Of a stretch of 64,000 bases of DNA, positions 9,713-19,529 are shown one piece after another. The first letter of the stretch is position 1; each line of letters starts with the position of its first letter. The notes under the pieces are model-generated. The model ran no database searches. It saw only the letters and a list, made by a program, of their open reading frames with translations, and was not told the DNA's origin. The position numbers were made by a program, and so were the translations under genes. Source of the DNA: Pseudomonadota bacterium (GTDB taxonomy: Bacteria; Bdellovibrionota_C; UBA2361; OMII01); contig JBDLRS010000011.1 of NCBI GenBank assembly GCA_039799965.1, positions 1,234 through 65,233 on the forward strand, given 5' to 3'.

Positions 9713-10075
9713 TTATCGAATCAGGTTTATATTGATACCGTCAGCGGCGATCCCTGCGGGCCCAGAGGTCTCAATTACACGGGCAGTGATCGGATTGATG
9801 ATAAAGAATCTTCCCTCGGCGCTTACCGCGATCTCTTCCCCGGCTCCAGGTCCGTAATTCCCCACGATGACCGTTCCAGAGATAGGTACGTCCGTTGAGT
9901 ACACCGTTTGTCCTCGTAGATTTTTCACAACGATGTTCGTGGTGTTGCCTGACACCGCCCAGAATAGGAGGTGATCGCTCCCGTCATCCTGCTGGAGGGG
10001 GATAGGGGGATGAGTGCCATCCGCGATGGAGCCAACTTCAATCGTTCGAGTCTCACGAGTAAATGGCTGTGTCAT
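9713..10075 (-). CDS. hypothetical protein, possibly the 3' part of a frameshifted gene (with ORF 10072..10329)
   Basis: 120-aa ORF ending 14 nt upstream of the di-heme gene. An adjacent 85-aa ORF in another frame overlaps it by 4 nt. Confidence 0.3.
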   Translation of the reverse strand: MTQPFTRETRTIEVGSIADGTHPPIPLQQDDGSDHLLFWAVSGNTTNIVVKNLRGQTVYSTDVPISGTVIVGNYGPGAGEEIAVSAEGRFFIINPITARVIETSGPAGIAADGININLIR

Positions 10076-10687
10076 GAGAATAGTGTAGGCACCTCCGGAT
10101 CTGCGGAGGACCGCGAACCAGTCACTTTTGCCAGTAGGGTTAAGATAGAAGGGGATATCCTTTCCGCGTACCCCGAAATCAAAGTAGGATCAAGGGCACC
10201 ACACTCAATGACGGACCCTCGGGCTATTGAGAAATAGCGCCGTTTATCGGCTTGTTTGAGCTTGCCTGTCTTTTCCCCATGCGAGGAGTATACCGGACTT
10301 GGAGAATGTGCGCGATCCTTTATCTTCAAAACTGTCCCATGTATGTACCTAACGGGCTATAAATATCGATCGCTGGGGCAGAAAGTTGCTAGATCGGGTA
10401 CGTTTACGCGGAAATACGCGATTCATCACTGAAACAATGGGTTATGCACCATCAGCAGTCATGTGGTGCCCACTCGATTCCAGGATGAGCCCTCTTCATT
10501 CACTCGTTCTGGCCGGAAGCGCTGCGCTCACCGGGTGCCTCTTTAAGCCTGACCTCGGAAGACCCTATACCCGCGAAAATTTCGTTCATTCCGGGCCTGT
10601 TGGGAAACGGGCACTATCAGATTGCGTGCGTATGTTCTGATCCCCCTCACACGCACACCCGTCTCGCCGCGCTATACTTTGAGATCT

Positions 10688-11251
10688 ATGCCATACTTCA
10701 CCGCCGTTCGCGCCCTCGCCGTTTCCCTCTCAGGAGCGATCTTCATGCTCGCAGCTCCGAGCGTCTATGCCGAATCCGCCCAAGAGCTTCAACGTTCCTC
10801 TCGGCAGGCGCTACAGGAGCTCTATCGCACGACTCCAGCAGCAGCCGCTCTCGGTGAAAAAGCCGCTGGTGTTCTCGTGTTCCCGGAGATTATTAAGGGT
10901 GGTTTCGTCGTCGCGGCGCAGTATGGAAACGGAGCGCTCTTCAAACGGGGCGAGGTCGCTGGATACTACAACACAACCTCAGCTTCGTTTGGTTTCCAGG
11001 CCGGAGTGCAGAAATTTGGTTATGCCCTCTTCTTCATGACCGAGAATGATCTGAGGTACCTTACTCGATCGGACGGGTGGGAGATCGGAGCTCTTCCGAG
11101 TCTCACTATCGTTGACACCGGTGTGGCGCGCTCCCTTTCAACGACAACCTTACAAAAGGGGATGTACGCGTTCTTCTTTGGTCAGAAGGGTTTGATGGGC
11201 GGGCTCTCTCTTCAGGGAACAAAGATCACCCGTATTCATCCTAATACGTAG
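10688..11251 (+). CDS. lipid-binding SYLF (Ysc84/DUF500) domain protein, secreted
   Basis: Internal ATG at 10688 gives signal peptide MPYFTAVRALAVSLSGAIFMLAAPSVYA. SYLF-like core: GGFVVAAQYGNGALF...GFQAGVQKFGYALFFM. Confidence 0.6.
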   Translation: MPYFTAVRALAVSLSGAIFMLAAPSVYAESAQELQRSSRQALQELYRTTPAAAALGEKAAGVLVFPEIIKGGFVVAAQYGNGALFKRGEVAGYYNTTSASFGFQAGVQKFGYALFFMTENDLRYLTRSDGWEIGALPSLTIVDTGVARSLSTTTLQKGMYAFFFGQKGLMGGLSLQGTKITRIHPNT

Positions 11252-11596
11252 GGATGCTTCTTAACCAAGATTCTCATCTCCCCTCATACATTTGCAATTC
11301 ACTGTGGTAACTATACAAAGAAGCTGACGGAGGATCGCCAAGTGCGTGTATCTCCACACCCTGAGAGCAAACTGAGGCGAGTGTCCTAACCACAACAGCG
11401 GGAATTACGACGCTGCCGTGGGGTTGGTAAGGATACCGGCTCATCCCATGAGGGTCGATAGGCTTGTGGTGCTCTGGAGACGGTGACAGTCTCAGTTCAT
11501 CGGGGATTTAGGCCTGACTTTCAAGGCCGGATTGGGTAAGGTGATTGGCGTGATATCAGAGATTGTGACGCCGAGATACCAGGGGAAGGTACGGTC

Positions 11597-13246
11597 GTGA
11601 GTGTAGATACGAGCGCCTTTCATTTTAAACGAAGCAGAGATTCCGTTTCGCGTTCGGAGGTCATCGATTCCCTCGGGAGCGATGGCGTCTTTGATATCGT
11701 TGTTGTGGGAGGAGGCATTCACGGCGCCTCCGTTGCTCGACTCGCCGCAGGTGTCGGATTTAAGACAGCCCTTCTTGAAAAATACGATTACGCCGCCGCG
11801 ACCTCAAGTCGTAGCTCTAAGATGGCGCACGGTGGACTCCGTTACCTTGAGCTGCTTGATTTTGAGCAGGTGTTCGAGGGGATTAAAGCGCGTGAGGAGA
11901 TGTTCGAACACGTCGGCAACCTTGTAAGACCCTGCGAATTCCTTATTCCGGTTCCGAAAGGGGCATGGTTCTTCAAATTGAAGCTTGGGATCGGTCTCTT
12001 CCTCTATGACCTGTTGGTTAAAAAGCGGGAGCGTCGCCATCGATGGATTCCGCGAGCCAAACTAACCTTTCCGGGATTTCACAGTGGTCGCGATGACCTG
12101 ATGGGATGCTTCGTCTATACCGACGGTATCATGAGCGACGCGCGGCTGGTGATCGATAACGTTATCGCGGCTCGTCGATACGGAGCGACCTGCCTTAACT
12201 ATTGCGAAGTAACTGGCAGGAAGGAGGTGGAGGCGGGCAACTATGAGATCTCAGCGCTCGACACAAAGGGGGGCGCAAACCTTACGCTCAAGACCCGTCT
12301 TGTCATCAATTGTGCGGGGCCGTGGGCCTCAACGGTAGCGGGCGAGTTAGGGGGAGAGCCGCGCCCTCTCAAGTTCAGTCGCGGCTCTCATATTGTCTTT
12401 ACTACACCGTGGAGGGGCCCGAGCCTCTTTCTGCCGATGCCGGGTAAGGCCCGATACTACTTCGTCTGGCCCCACCATGCGGGTGCGATGGTGGGTACCA
12501 CAGAGCGGGAGGTTTCAAGCGTTGAACTCGATCCTCTTCCTTCAAAGGATGAGATTGAGGAGATCATGAGCCGTTTAGAGCGGGATATTCCGGACGCAGG
12601 TCTCAATCGCTCCTCCGCGTGCTATGCATTCGCTGGTATTCGGACCCTTCCGATTCGGGGAGGGAACGCTCAGTCCACCGTTCTTTCACGGAAGCATATC
12701 TGGACCCATAGCAAGGGTGTGCTCACCCTATTAGGGGGAAAGTACACAACGGCTTCATGGACAGCGATGGAGGGGATTAAGGAGGCCGCGCGAATTCTCG
12801 GCGCACCGCTGAAGCCGGAGGTTATGAGAGATAGGGCGGACCTTAGGGATCTGCCCGGGAGCCTCTCGGTTGTGGAATATGAGGAATTGTCACGATCCCT
12901 GGCAGGCCACGGAGTAGGGCCAGAGGATCGGGCCCGACTTTTGAGTCGATACGGAAAGCGCCTGGGGGATGCCTATCTTGAATTCGTGGATGCCGCGCCG
13001 AAGAAGTTGATCGAACTAGAGACCATGATCGCTCTGGATACTGAGCAAGCGGAAAGCCTTGAGGATCTTATGCGTCGACGACTTGAACTTGAGTACACTT
13101 CGGGGCACGGAGAGGAGTACCTCGCCATGATTGGGGAGGTGTATACACGAATGCGGCCTAACGTTGATGTCGAGCTTGAGAAACAACGCTACCGTGAGCG
13201 GATGAGAGAGATTGACTCCCTTCTGGGTGCCGCTAGCGGCCTCTAA
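11597..13246 (+). CDS. glpD: FAD-dependent glycerol-3-phosphate dehydrogenase
   Basis: 549 aa. N-terminal FAD-binding motif DIVVVGGGIHGASVARLAA. DAO domain followed by the C-terminal alpha-helical GlpD domain. Confidence 0.75.
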   Translation: MSVDTSAFHFKRSRDSVSRSEVIDSLGSDGVFDIVVVGGGIHGASVARLAAGVGFKTALLEKYDYAAATSSRSSKMAHGGLRYLELLDFEQVFEGIKAREEMFEHVGNLVRPCEFLIPVPKGAWFFKLKLGIGLFLYDLLVKKRERRHRWIPRAKLTFPGFHSGRDDLMGCFVYTDGIMSDARLVIDNVIAARRYGATCLNYCEVTGRKEVEAGNYEISALDTKGGANLTLKTRLVINCAGPWASTVAGELGGEPRPLKFSRGSHIVFTTPWRGPSLFLPMPGKARYYFVWPHHAGAMVGTTEREVSSVELDPLPSKDEIEEIMSRLERDIPDAGLNRSSACYAFAGIRTLPIRGGNAQSTVLSRKHIWTHSKGVLTLLGGKYTTASWTAMEGIKEAARILGAPLKPEVMRDRADLRDLPGSLSVVEYEELSRSLAGHGVGPEDRARLLSRYGKRLGDAYLEFVDAAPKKLIELETMIALDTEQAESLEDLMRRRLELEYTSGHGEEYLAMIGEVYTRMRPNVDVELEKQRYRERMREIDSLLGAASGL

Positions 13247-13265
13247 TCCCGCTAAAAAAGAATGG

Positions 13266-13393
13266 CTATTCGTGAAATCGAGTGGGTAGGGCTCGGTGTG
13301 ATCCCAACGTGCACGTGGAAAGGCGCTATGTATAGGCCAAAGCAAGGGGTTACGTTACACCTATGCTCGTTGGCATCCAGTCGATTCCACGAA
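13266..13393. repeat. R2 MITE-like repeat, copy A (about 128 bp, imperfect TIR CTTCGTGRAATCGASTGG)
   Basis: Aligns by eye to 15021..15168. The shared core is TCGTGAAATCGAGTGGGTAGGGCTCGGTGT-ATCCC-ACGTGCACGTG...GCCAAAGCAAGGGTTTACGTTAC...GCTCGTTGGCA. Confidence 0.6.
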
Positions 13394-13629
13394 GAGCCAC
13401 AAAAAAATCAACAGGTGCTGCGAGCCTTTTGTCGTAAAACGAGTGTAGCATTATTTTCCTTACGGACTATGGAGTAGCTCGGGTACAGCGGTCTGACCAA
13501 AAGTAGCCCCGCTACGGAGTAAAGGGAAATACGGAGCAAAGGGAAAAGGATGTTGCGCCACAATAGCGATCGCAGCATGGTAAGGGTGCCGTACCGGATC
13601 AGAGGACGAACAGCGTAAGGGGCATATGC

Positions 13630-14892
13630 ATGGAACCTAGCGGGGTGATGAAACGAAACGTGTTGTGTAAATCTATCGAGGCTGTAGTTTCGATATCAGC
13701 TTCATTTATTCAATTAGCTATCATCGCTCGCTCATTTGATCCTGTTGTTGTTGGCCACTATCAGTTCGCGCTTGCGTGGCTCTTCTTAGTCTCTGCGCTT
13801 TCATGCTTCGGCGGGATAGCCATGGTAGCTACACGAGAGCTTTCACAGAGGGGGGAAACTTCGCGCGGCTCACTTTTCTCCAACGCTGTCGCTCTCCAAT
13901 CGTTGATCGCTGTTCCACTCTGCGTTGGCTGTCTCTCGATATTCTTCAACTCAGCTTATTTTAGGCCCCTTGCTCTACCACTCAGTATCGGTACCATCAC
14001 GCTTTGTTGCGCGATGATTCTTCAACTATCTCAGGCGTTGCTGGTGAGCGAGGAGAGGATACCGAACGTAGTAATCGCATCAATCATCGGACACGGTGTA
14101 GCCACCTGCGCCATTATAGGTGCTGCATCCTATGGACTTTCAGTCACCGCTCTTGTAGCGGGATGGGCCACGTATAACGCCATCAACGGCATCGTACTTG
14201 TATTCCAGGCGAGCGCGTGGCGGTTGCTTCCACTGCGGTATGTTGCAATGGCCGATTTGCGGGGCTTAACCCTCGAAATGCTGCCGGTTTTAGTCATGAT
14301 TCTGGCCACCCATTTGTATGTTCGCGTTGACGTCATTATGCTCGATCACTACACAAACAAAGGGGAAGTAGCGACGTATAGTGCGGGATATGTGTTCCTT
14401 GATCAGCTCATGATCCTTTCACAGGCGATGATGGGTGCCGTATTTCCTAATTTCGCTCGCGCCTGTGTGACCCGAGGCCCGGATTTTCAGGTTCTTTACC
14501 GCGGAACAGTGGTGTTGTTTTTGAAATACCTGGTTCCCCTCGCCCTCCTCATAGCTCTTTTCTCTCAATCCTTGCTCGGAGTACTATTTGGAGCGGAATA
14601 TTCGACCGCCTGGCTCTCGTTGTCGGTGCTCATGATCGCTGCTGTGTTCGCCTGGCTGAACGGCCCCTCAGGTACGATCTTTATCTCGCTCAAAAAGCAG
14701 CACATCTACATGTGCGCAACCCTCCTCAGCCTGGGCATCAATATCGTTGGGAACGTCCTCTTTATTCCCTATCTTGGTGGTGTTGGGGCGGCGGTCTCAA
14801 CTGTTTTAACTGAGATGACTATTTGTGGATTTTGCTTGTGGTGGATTTATCGAGAGACGGGATACCTCCCCTGGATGCGTCCACGATTGTGA
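13630..14892 (+). CDS. polysaccharide biosynthesis protein, MOP/Wzx-family flippase-like polytopic membrane protein
   Basis: 420 aa with about 12 hydrophobic segments. The overall pattern is that of oligosaccharide flippase/PST-family proteins. Confidence 0.55.
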   Translation: MEPSGVMKRNVLCKSIEAVVSISASFIQLAIIARSFDPVVVGHYQFALAWLFLVSALSCFGGIAMVATRELSQRGETSRGSLFSNAVALQSLIAVPLCVGCLSIFFNSAYFRPLALPLSIGTITLCCAMILQLSQALLVSEERIPNVVIASIIGHGVATCAIIGAASYGLSVTALVAGWATYNAINGIVLVFQASAWRLLPLRYVAMADLRGLTLEMLPVLVMILATHLYVRVDVIMLDHYTNKGEVATYSAGYVFLDQLMILSQAMMGAVFPNFARACVTRGPDFQVLYRGTVVLFLKYLVPLALLIALFSQSLLGVLFGAEYSTAWLSLSVLMIAAVFAWLNGPSGTIFISLKKQHIYMCATLLSLGINIVGNVLFIPYLGGVGAAVSTVLTEMTICGFCLWWIYRETGYLPWMRPRL

Positions 14893-15020
14893 TGGGATAT
14901 CGCTCCGGCACATCTCTCAATCGACCCAGAGTGCCTGCCCCGTCCTGTAATGGGGCCGCATCCAGCGCGGGGAAAACAGGGGGGCCTTTCCTGGAATCAC
15001 GTGGGTAAAATAAGTAGGGA

Positions 15021-15168
15021 CTTCGTGAAATCGAGTGGGTAGGGCTCGGTGTTATCCCGACGTGCACGTGCACGTTCACGTTCACGTGGAAAGGGAGCTA
15101 TGCCTGAGCCAAAGCAAGGGTTTACGTTACCTCTGTGCTCGTTGGCACCCACTCCATTCCTCGATAAG
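15021..15168. repeat. R2 MITE-like repeat, copy B, with expanded CACGTG/CACGTT hexamer tract
   Basis: Direct-orientation match to 13266..13393. Carries an internal (CACGTK)n expansion at 15071..15097. Confidence 0.6.
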
Positions 15169-15292
15169 CCAATAAGTAACTCATTGGAGCCTGGTCGCAG
15201 GTTTAAGTAAAAAGATAGGCCGTTGAATCTTTTGAAGTCACCATAACTCGTATGGCGACCCTGCAAGAAGCAGTTCATCGATACGAGAGCAA

Positions 15293-18200
15293 ATGACTAA
15301 GGCATCGTTTAAACATAGAAATGCCCAATCAGAGTCCCTGTATCCTCACGGAGTTTCTGACCTACGTGCGACATCCTTTACTCAACGGGATGCACAAGCG
15401 TTTGCGCGCGACCTTCCACAAGGGTTACGTCGTGTGCGGGCAACCCACAACAGCGCTCTACGGCGTCACGAGCAGGGGGATATCAGCCGTAAGGAGCTGG
15501 TGAGCATAGCGATGGAATTTCGGAACTATGCTGACGAGATCCGCCAAGGTGGACGCGGATCCTTTGTAAAGGTCAGCCGCAAAATTGAGAGTATGGCATC
15601 CGCCTTGGAGAGGCTCTCTCGGGCAGATCTCGGGCCAAGCTCCGTGCGACCGTTGTCTGAGATCCTGACCCCGGAGATAGACTTATTGCTACGCAAAGTG
15701 GCCGCGAGTGAAGCCGTTCAAAAGGCTTTGAATACCGGAAATGCTGGAATTGCCCACCAGCACCTGAGGCGCTCTTCTCGCTACGCAAAAACGCCTTCGG
15801 GGAGCACGGTTATCTTTTTAGCGAGTCTCGAAAGTGGAAGACGGGCGCTCGTTGATTACTCAAAAGAGACCAGATGCGAAGCGAAGGCGATGGTTGTGGC
15901 CATGACCCCACCGAATGGACCCACCCTCCTTACTCATTACTTGCCCCGACCGCCCGGGTTGCATATAGCCCTTGATGCCGGGGGGCTTAAAGTTCGTGTG
16001 GAGCAGGTCAAATCTCAGCTTGAGTTCCTTGCTGCTTATCATGAAGCTCGCGAGGGGTATGTTGCCCAAAATCGCGAACAGTTACAGACGATCGCTCGTA
16101 GGGAGGGGCGAGAGGACCTGGCATGCTCTCCAGAGTCGATTGATGCGATTATTCGATCTGCGTTTGGCCTCTCTGAAGGATACTTGAGCCTTTGGAGCTA
16201 TGCCAACATCGTGGGGTATTACCCCTTAGTTTCGGAGGAAGTTAAGGATCTGATAGAAGCCGTCTCACCTAGAGGCTTGGACTATCTCTCGAAACACACC
16301 ATTGCTGCATTAGCTCAAGGTAGGTCCCCCGATCTTGAGGATCCCGAATCACGACAAGCACTCACGAAGCAACTCCTGACTCAGCCTTGGAGCAGCATCT
16401 CAACCCCGTTGTCAACTTACCATCTTTGGAAACTAGAGGACCATATCGATACCAGCGTAGCTCCCGACTCGACATGGTCCGTGGCGACCGTGTGGGCACA
16501 TGTACATCCGTTTTTGAGCACAGTAGTCCCGCAGAGCTTTGAAGATGTTGTCCCCGATGGATACAACATCTTCAGCGCCACTGACGTTTTGAGAGCTATC
16601 GGTGCGCAAGGCCTACCTAGTTTCATTTCGAATGCCATCAGTGACGTGACAGGTTGGCTGAAGCGTTATGAACAAAAAAATAAAGCTCACTCGAAGAGTA
16701 TAGATATGGCGCGCACCCTGCTCGAGGAGGGGGAAAACCGCGAGGGATTTGCCACCCTCGATCGAGCCGTCCAAGATGTTCTCGAGTTTCGCTCGGCGAT
16801 ACAGACTAAACGCCAATTCGCTAGCTCTGAATCTGCGCGGTTGTCTTTTGAGATTGACAAACATGAACTGCTACTCTCCCGCACTCGCGATGAGATACAG
16901 CAAGGTAAGGTCGTACTGCGATTATTACAAGAAGCCAAGAATGCAGAGGATATTATCGGTGCACTTTTTCATGGGTTATGGCCAGGTGGAACTTTCGGAG
17001 AGAGCCAGCGCGACATGTTTAATCGCCGATGGTACCATGCTCAGTACCAAAGCGGCTCGCAGAAGCCATCGATCTCCATAATCGAGAACCCGTTTGGATC
17101 TTTTTATGCCCTCGGAGACGGCGATAGCGGCTTAACGAACCAACGCTACGAGGGACCGGGTGAAAGTCGCACGCCAACTGTGCGGGAAACTATGTGGCTC
17201 CATGGCGATCGATTGTCGGCCGTGGAGATAGTTATGTCGCATGACGCCAAGATGCAAAAGATTCCTCAATCTATCTGCGACATGGTGATCCTCGATCAGG
17301 TGTCCGGTAGTAGACGTTTCGCTGTTCGTCCCCCCAGCTCTTTGGAGTGGCTCATAACCAAGCGCACCTCAGCCGTAGAAGCGGCGCTGGGGCACCAGAT
17401 TCCAATCAGCACGCGAATGGTTGGAGATGTCCCGTACACCTTTGTGGAGTGGCCAAATTCCGGGACACTTCAACCTGAGAGCATCCGAAAGATACTAAAG
17501 CTCTCGGAGGAATTCGCCATCGATTCGTGGAAATTGCTTACGAAATTCGACCGCTTCTATCGGGCCGCCCCTCATTACGAGAAGATCAATCCTCTCCACG
17601 TACATATGCCGCGTGTCTGCATTAAAGACCCGAAACTTATGGAGGAGTATCTCGGTGCAGCGAGCGCCATCTCGGATCAAGCGCAGGATCTGCCCAAAGC
17701 GCTAGCTTCGCTGTTGAGGATAAGCGAGAACAGGGGTGAGACCTCGGTGGAAGTACGGTGTGCAGTCTGCTTCATTACACATGCACTCGCCCTCTTCTCG
17801 TCACATGCCGAAGAGGGTAATCGCACCGCAATCATCCTGCGTCTGATGCTCAACTCAGAGGAGTTTCTCTGTTCCTTGAAAGAGGCTATCGCGTCCGAAT
17901 CTTTTTATTTTCGGACTTTTGAAGCGTGGGAAAAAAAACTCACGTCCTTCTTCCTTGAGGAGTACGCAGGTTGCCTCGAAACAAAGCTGCACGAAGCAGG
18001 GGTATTCGACGGCATCCTGGTGGTCAAGGCTGCGGAGGTAGCATGTCAAGGCTCTGGTGAAGATGGCGCTACGTTCATCACAGCCGTGCAACAGGAGCCG
18101 CCTACACGGGTGACTGTTTCGGTCGATATAGACCGATTTTTGCGTGCTTTTAACGATGCATACCCCATATTCGCGGACGCATTGCGTCGTTTTAGCCCAG

Positions 18201-18484
18201 TTGTTGATAAGAGCGATACCTTTCCCCGTGCAAGGCAAGGTGACACTTCGTATCTTCAGATAAGAGAGGAGCTTTTTGCCACTCTTAATAACCACGACTT
18301 CGAGACCGAGCTGCCGAACCGGTTGACCACTCTGCGTCAGAGAGGTTTGAGCTTGCGATTTTGGGATCTGGCTATCGGCCCGGGGGATGACCATGCGGCA
18401 GTAGCCAAGTTCAATCAAGCACTTCTCAAGTCGCTTGGCCTCCTCTGTTACTCGACTGATGAGCGCCCCTTCCGCTGCCGATGA
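15293..18484 (+). CDS. large hypothetical protein (1063 aa) on AT-richer DNA, no recognisable domain
   Basis: Single long ORF with no strong antisense ORF. No signal peptide, Walker, HExxH or repeat motifs were found by eye. Composition is visibly AT-richer than the flanks. Confidence 0.5.
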   Translation: MTKASFKHRNAQSESLYPHGVSDLRATSFTQRDAQAFARDLPQGLRRVRATHNSALRRHEQGDISRKELVSIAMEFRNYADEIRQGGRGSFVKVSRKIESMASALERLSRADLGPSSVRPLSEILTPEIDLLLRKVAASEAVQKALNTGNAGIAHQHLRRSSRYAKTPSGSTVIFLASLESGRRALVDYSKETRCEAKAMVVAMTPPNGPTLLTHYLPRPPGLHIALDAGGLKVRVEQVKSQLEFLAAYHEAREGYVAQNREQLQTIARREGREDLACSPESIDAIIRSAFGLSEGYLSLWSYANIVGYYPLVSEEVKDLIEAVSPRGLDYLSKHTIAALAQGRSPDLEDPESRQALTKQLLTQPWSSISTPLSTYHLWKLEDHIDTSVAPDSTWSVATVWAHVHPFLSTVVPQSFEDVVPDGYNIFSATDVLRAIGAQGLPSFISNAISDVTGWLKRYEQKNKAHSKSIDMARTLLEEGENREGFATLDRAVQDVLEFRSAIQTKRQFASSESARLSFEIDKHELLLSRTRDEIQQGKVVLRLLQEAKNAEDIIGALFHGLWPGGTFGESQRDMFNRRWYHAQYQSGSQKPSISIIENPFGSFYALGDGDSGLTNQRYEGPGESRTPTVRETMWLHGDRLSAVEIVMSHDAKMQKIPQSICDMVILDQVSGSRRFAVRPPSSLEWLITKRTSAVEAALGHQIPISTRMVGDVPYTFVEWPNSGTLQPESIRKILKLSEEFAIDSWKLLTKFDRFYRAAPHYEKINPLHVHMPRVCIKDPKLMEEYLGAASAISDQAQDLPKALASLLRISENRGETSVEVRCAVCFITHALALFSSHAEEGNRTAIILRLMLNSEEFLCSLKEAIASESFYFRTFEAWEKKLTSFFLEEYAGCLETKLHEAGVFDGILVVKAAEVACQGSGEDGATFITAVQQEPPTRVTVSVDIDRFLRAFNDAYPIFADALRRFSPVVDKSDTFPRARQGDTSYLQIREELFATLNNHDFETELPNRLTTLRQRGLSLRFWDLAIGPGDDHAAVAKFNQALLKSLGLLCYSTDERPFRCR

Positions 18485-18614
18485 AGTGGCGTACCCCGCA
18501 AGATCTCATGTTTCTGTTTCTCAACCGCCAGAGATCCTCTGTAGGGCTGAGTAAGTTCCTCGTATAAGGGCGATCCTTATCTGCGGGTTGCAATTTCTCC
18601 GCCCTGCTAGGGTG

Positions 18615-19340
18615 TCACTCTATTGACTCTTTAAAATAATTGTCACAGGCACTAAAGCATTCTTTATGCCACTTGTTAGCGATTTGCTTCTCTTGTTCCG
18701 TAGATGCCTCAGCTGAAAACTCATTCGCATACTGAGTACAGAGAGCATAACAAAGTTCGTACTTGTTCATGCCAGTTGCAACTGTCACGAGTACTTCGTA
18801 AGCCAAGTTCATATCCCTAAATACCATTTGAGCCACCGTCCAGGGCCTGGATATACTTTTATGGACTGCCTCAACCGGCTCAAAGCTACATTCACACCCT
18901 GTAGTTCTTTCCTTACTGGTTGCTGTAGGTCCGCATCCTTCAGGTGGCATGGTTTTCTTGCCATCATCAAGTTCTGAACAAGGGAATGGGGGGCCAAACA
19001 CAAAGTCTTGCGTGCTCGTCGGATTCGCTACTATACACCGACCTCCATCTAATCGAACTACGACTACAGCATGACCAGCACCTTCACAATACATCTTGTA
19101 TATCTGACAATTGAGTCCCCATTCGCCGCACCTTCTCTTAAATCCATTGGCATAATCTCCACAAATATTATACGCATTGTATGGACCCAGCTCTCTATGA
19201 ACTTCATTCGTTAAGCTATAAATCAAGCAGTTGCTGGGTTCCGCCGCTGCAGTACCCGTATCTGCATGTGCCACGATAGGGGGGCAAAGTAATGCTATGC
19301 ACAGGAGCCTCAAGTTATTAAGCATTGTATGTTTAATCAT
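18615..19340 (-). CDS. secreted Cys-rich protein with transglutaminase-like cysteine peptidase motifs (BTLCP/LapG-like candidate)
   Basis: ATG at 19340 gives signal peptide MIKHTMLNNLRLLCIALLCPPIVAHA. Motifs NICGDYANG (C-x-D-Y-A) and GHAVVVVRLDGG match the Cys and His boxes of the TG-like fold. This is the most AT-rich stretch of the window. Confidence 0.4.
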   Translation of the reverse strand: MIKHTMLNNLRLLCIALLCPPIVAHADTGTAAAEPSNCLIYSLTNEVHRELGPYNAYNICGDYANGFKRRCGEWGLNCQIYKMYCEGAGHAVVVVRLDGGRCIVANPTSTQDFVFGPPFPCSELDDGKKTMPPEGCGPTATSKERTTGCECSFEPVEAVHKSISRPWTVAQMVFRDMNLAYEVLVTVATGMNKYELCYALCTQYANEFSAEASTEQEKQIANKWHKECFSACDNYFKESIE

Positions 19341-19529
19341 CGTAGCCTGACCTATTCTCTGACGTTGCTCCGGCAGGTGCATGTCTATTTGAAAACCTAG
19401 CCCTGAGTTACATGAACGTCATTTCGATCGCCGAGCTTTAGCCCTTTTATTCGAAAGGAAACTTTTTTGGTCCAGGATCTTAAGTTCACAAGCGCCAAGG
19501 CCGACTCTCCTTGTGAGGAGAAGAAAGGT

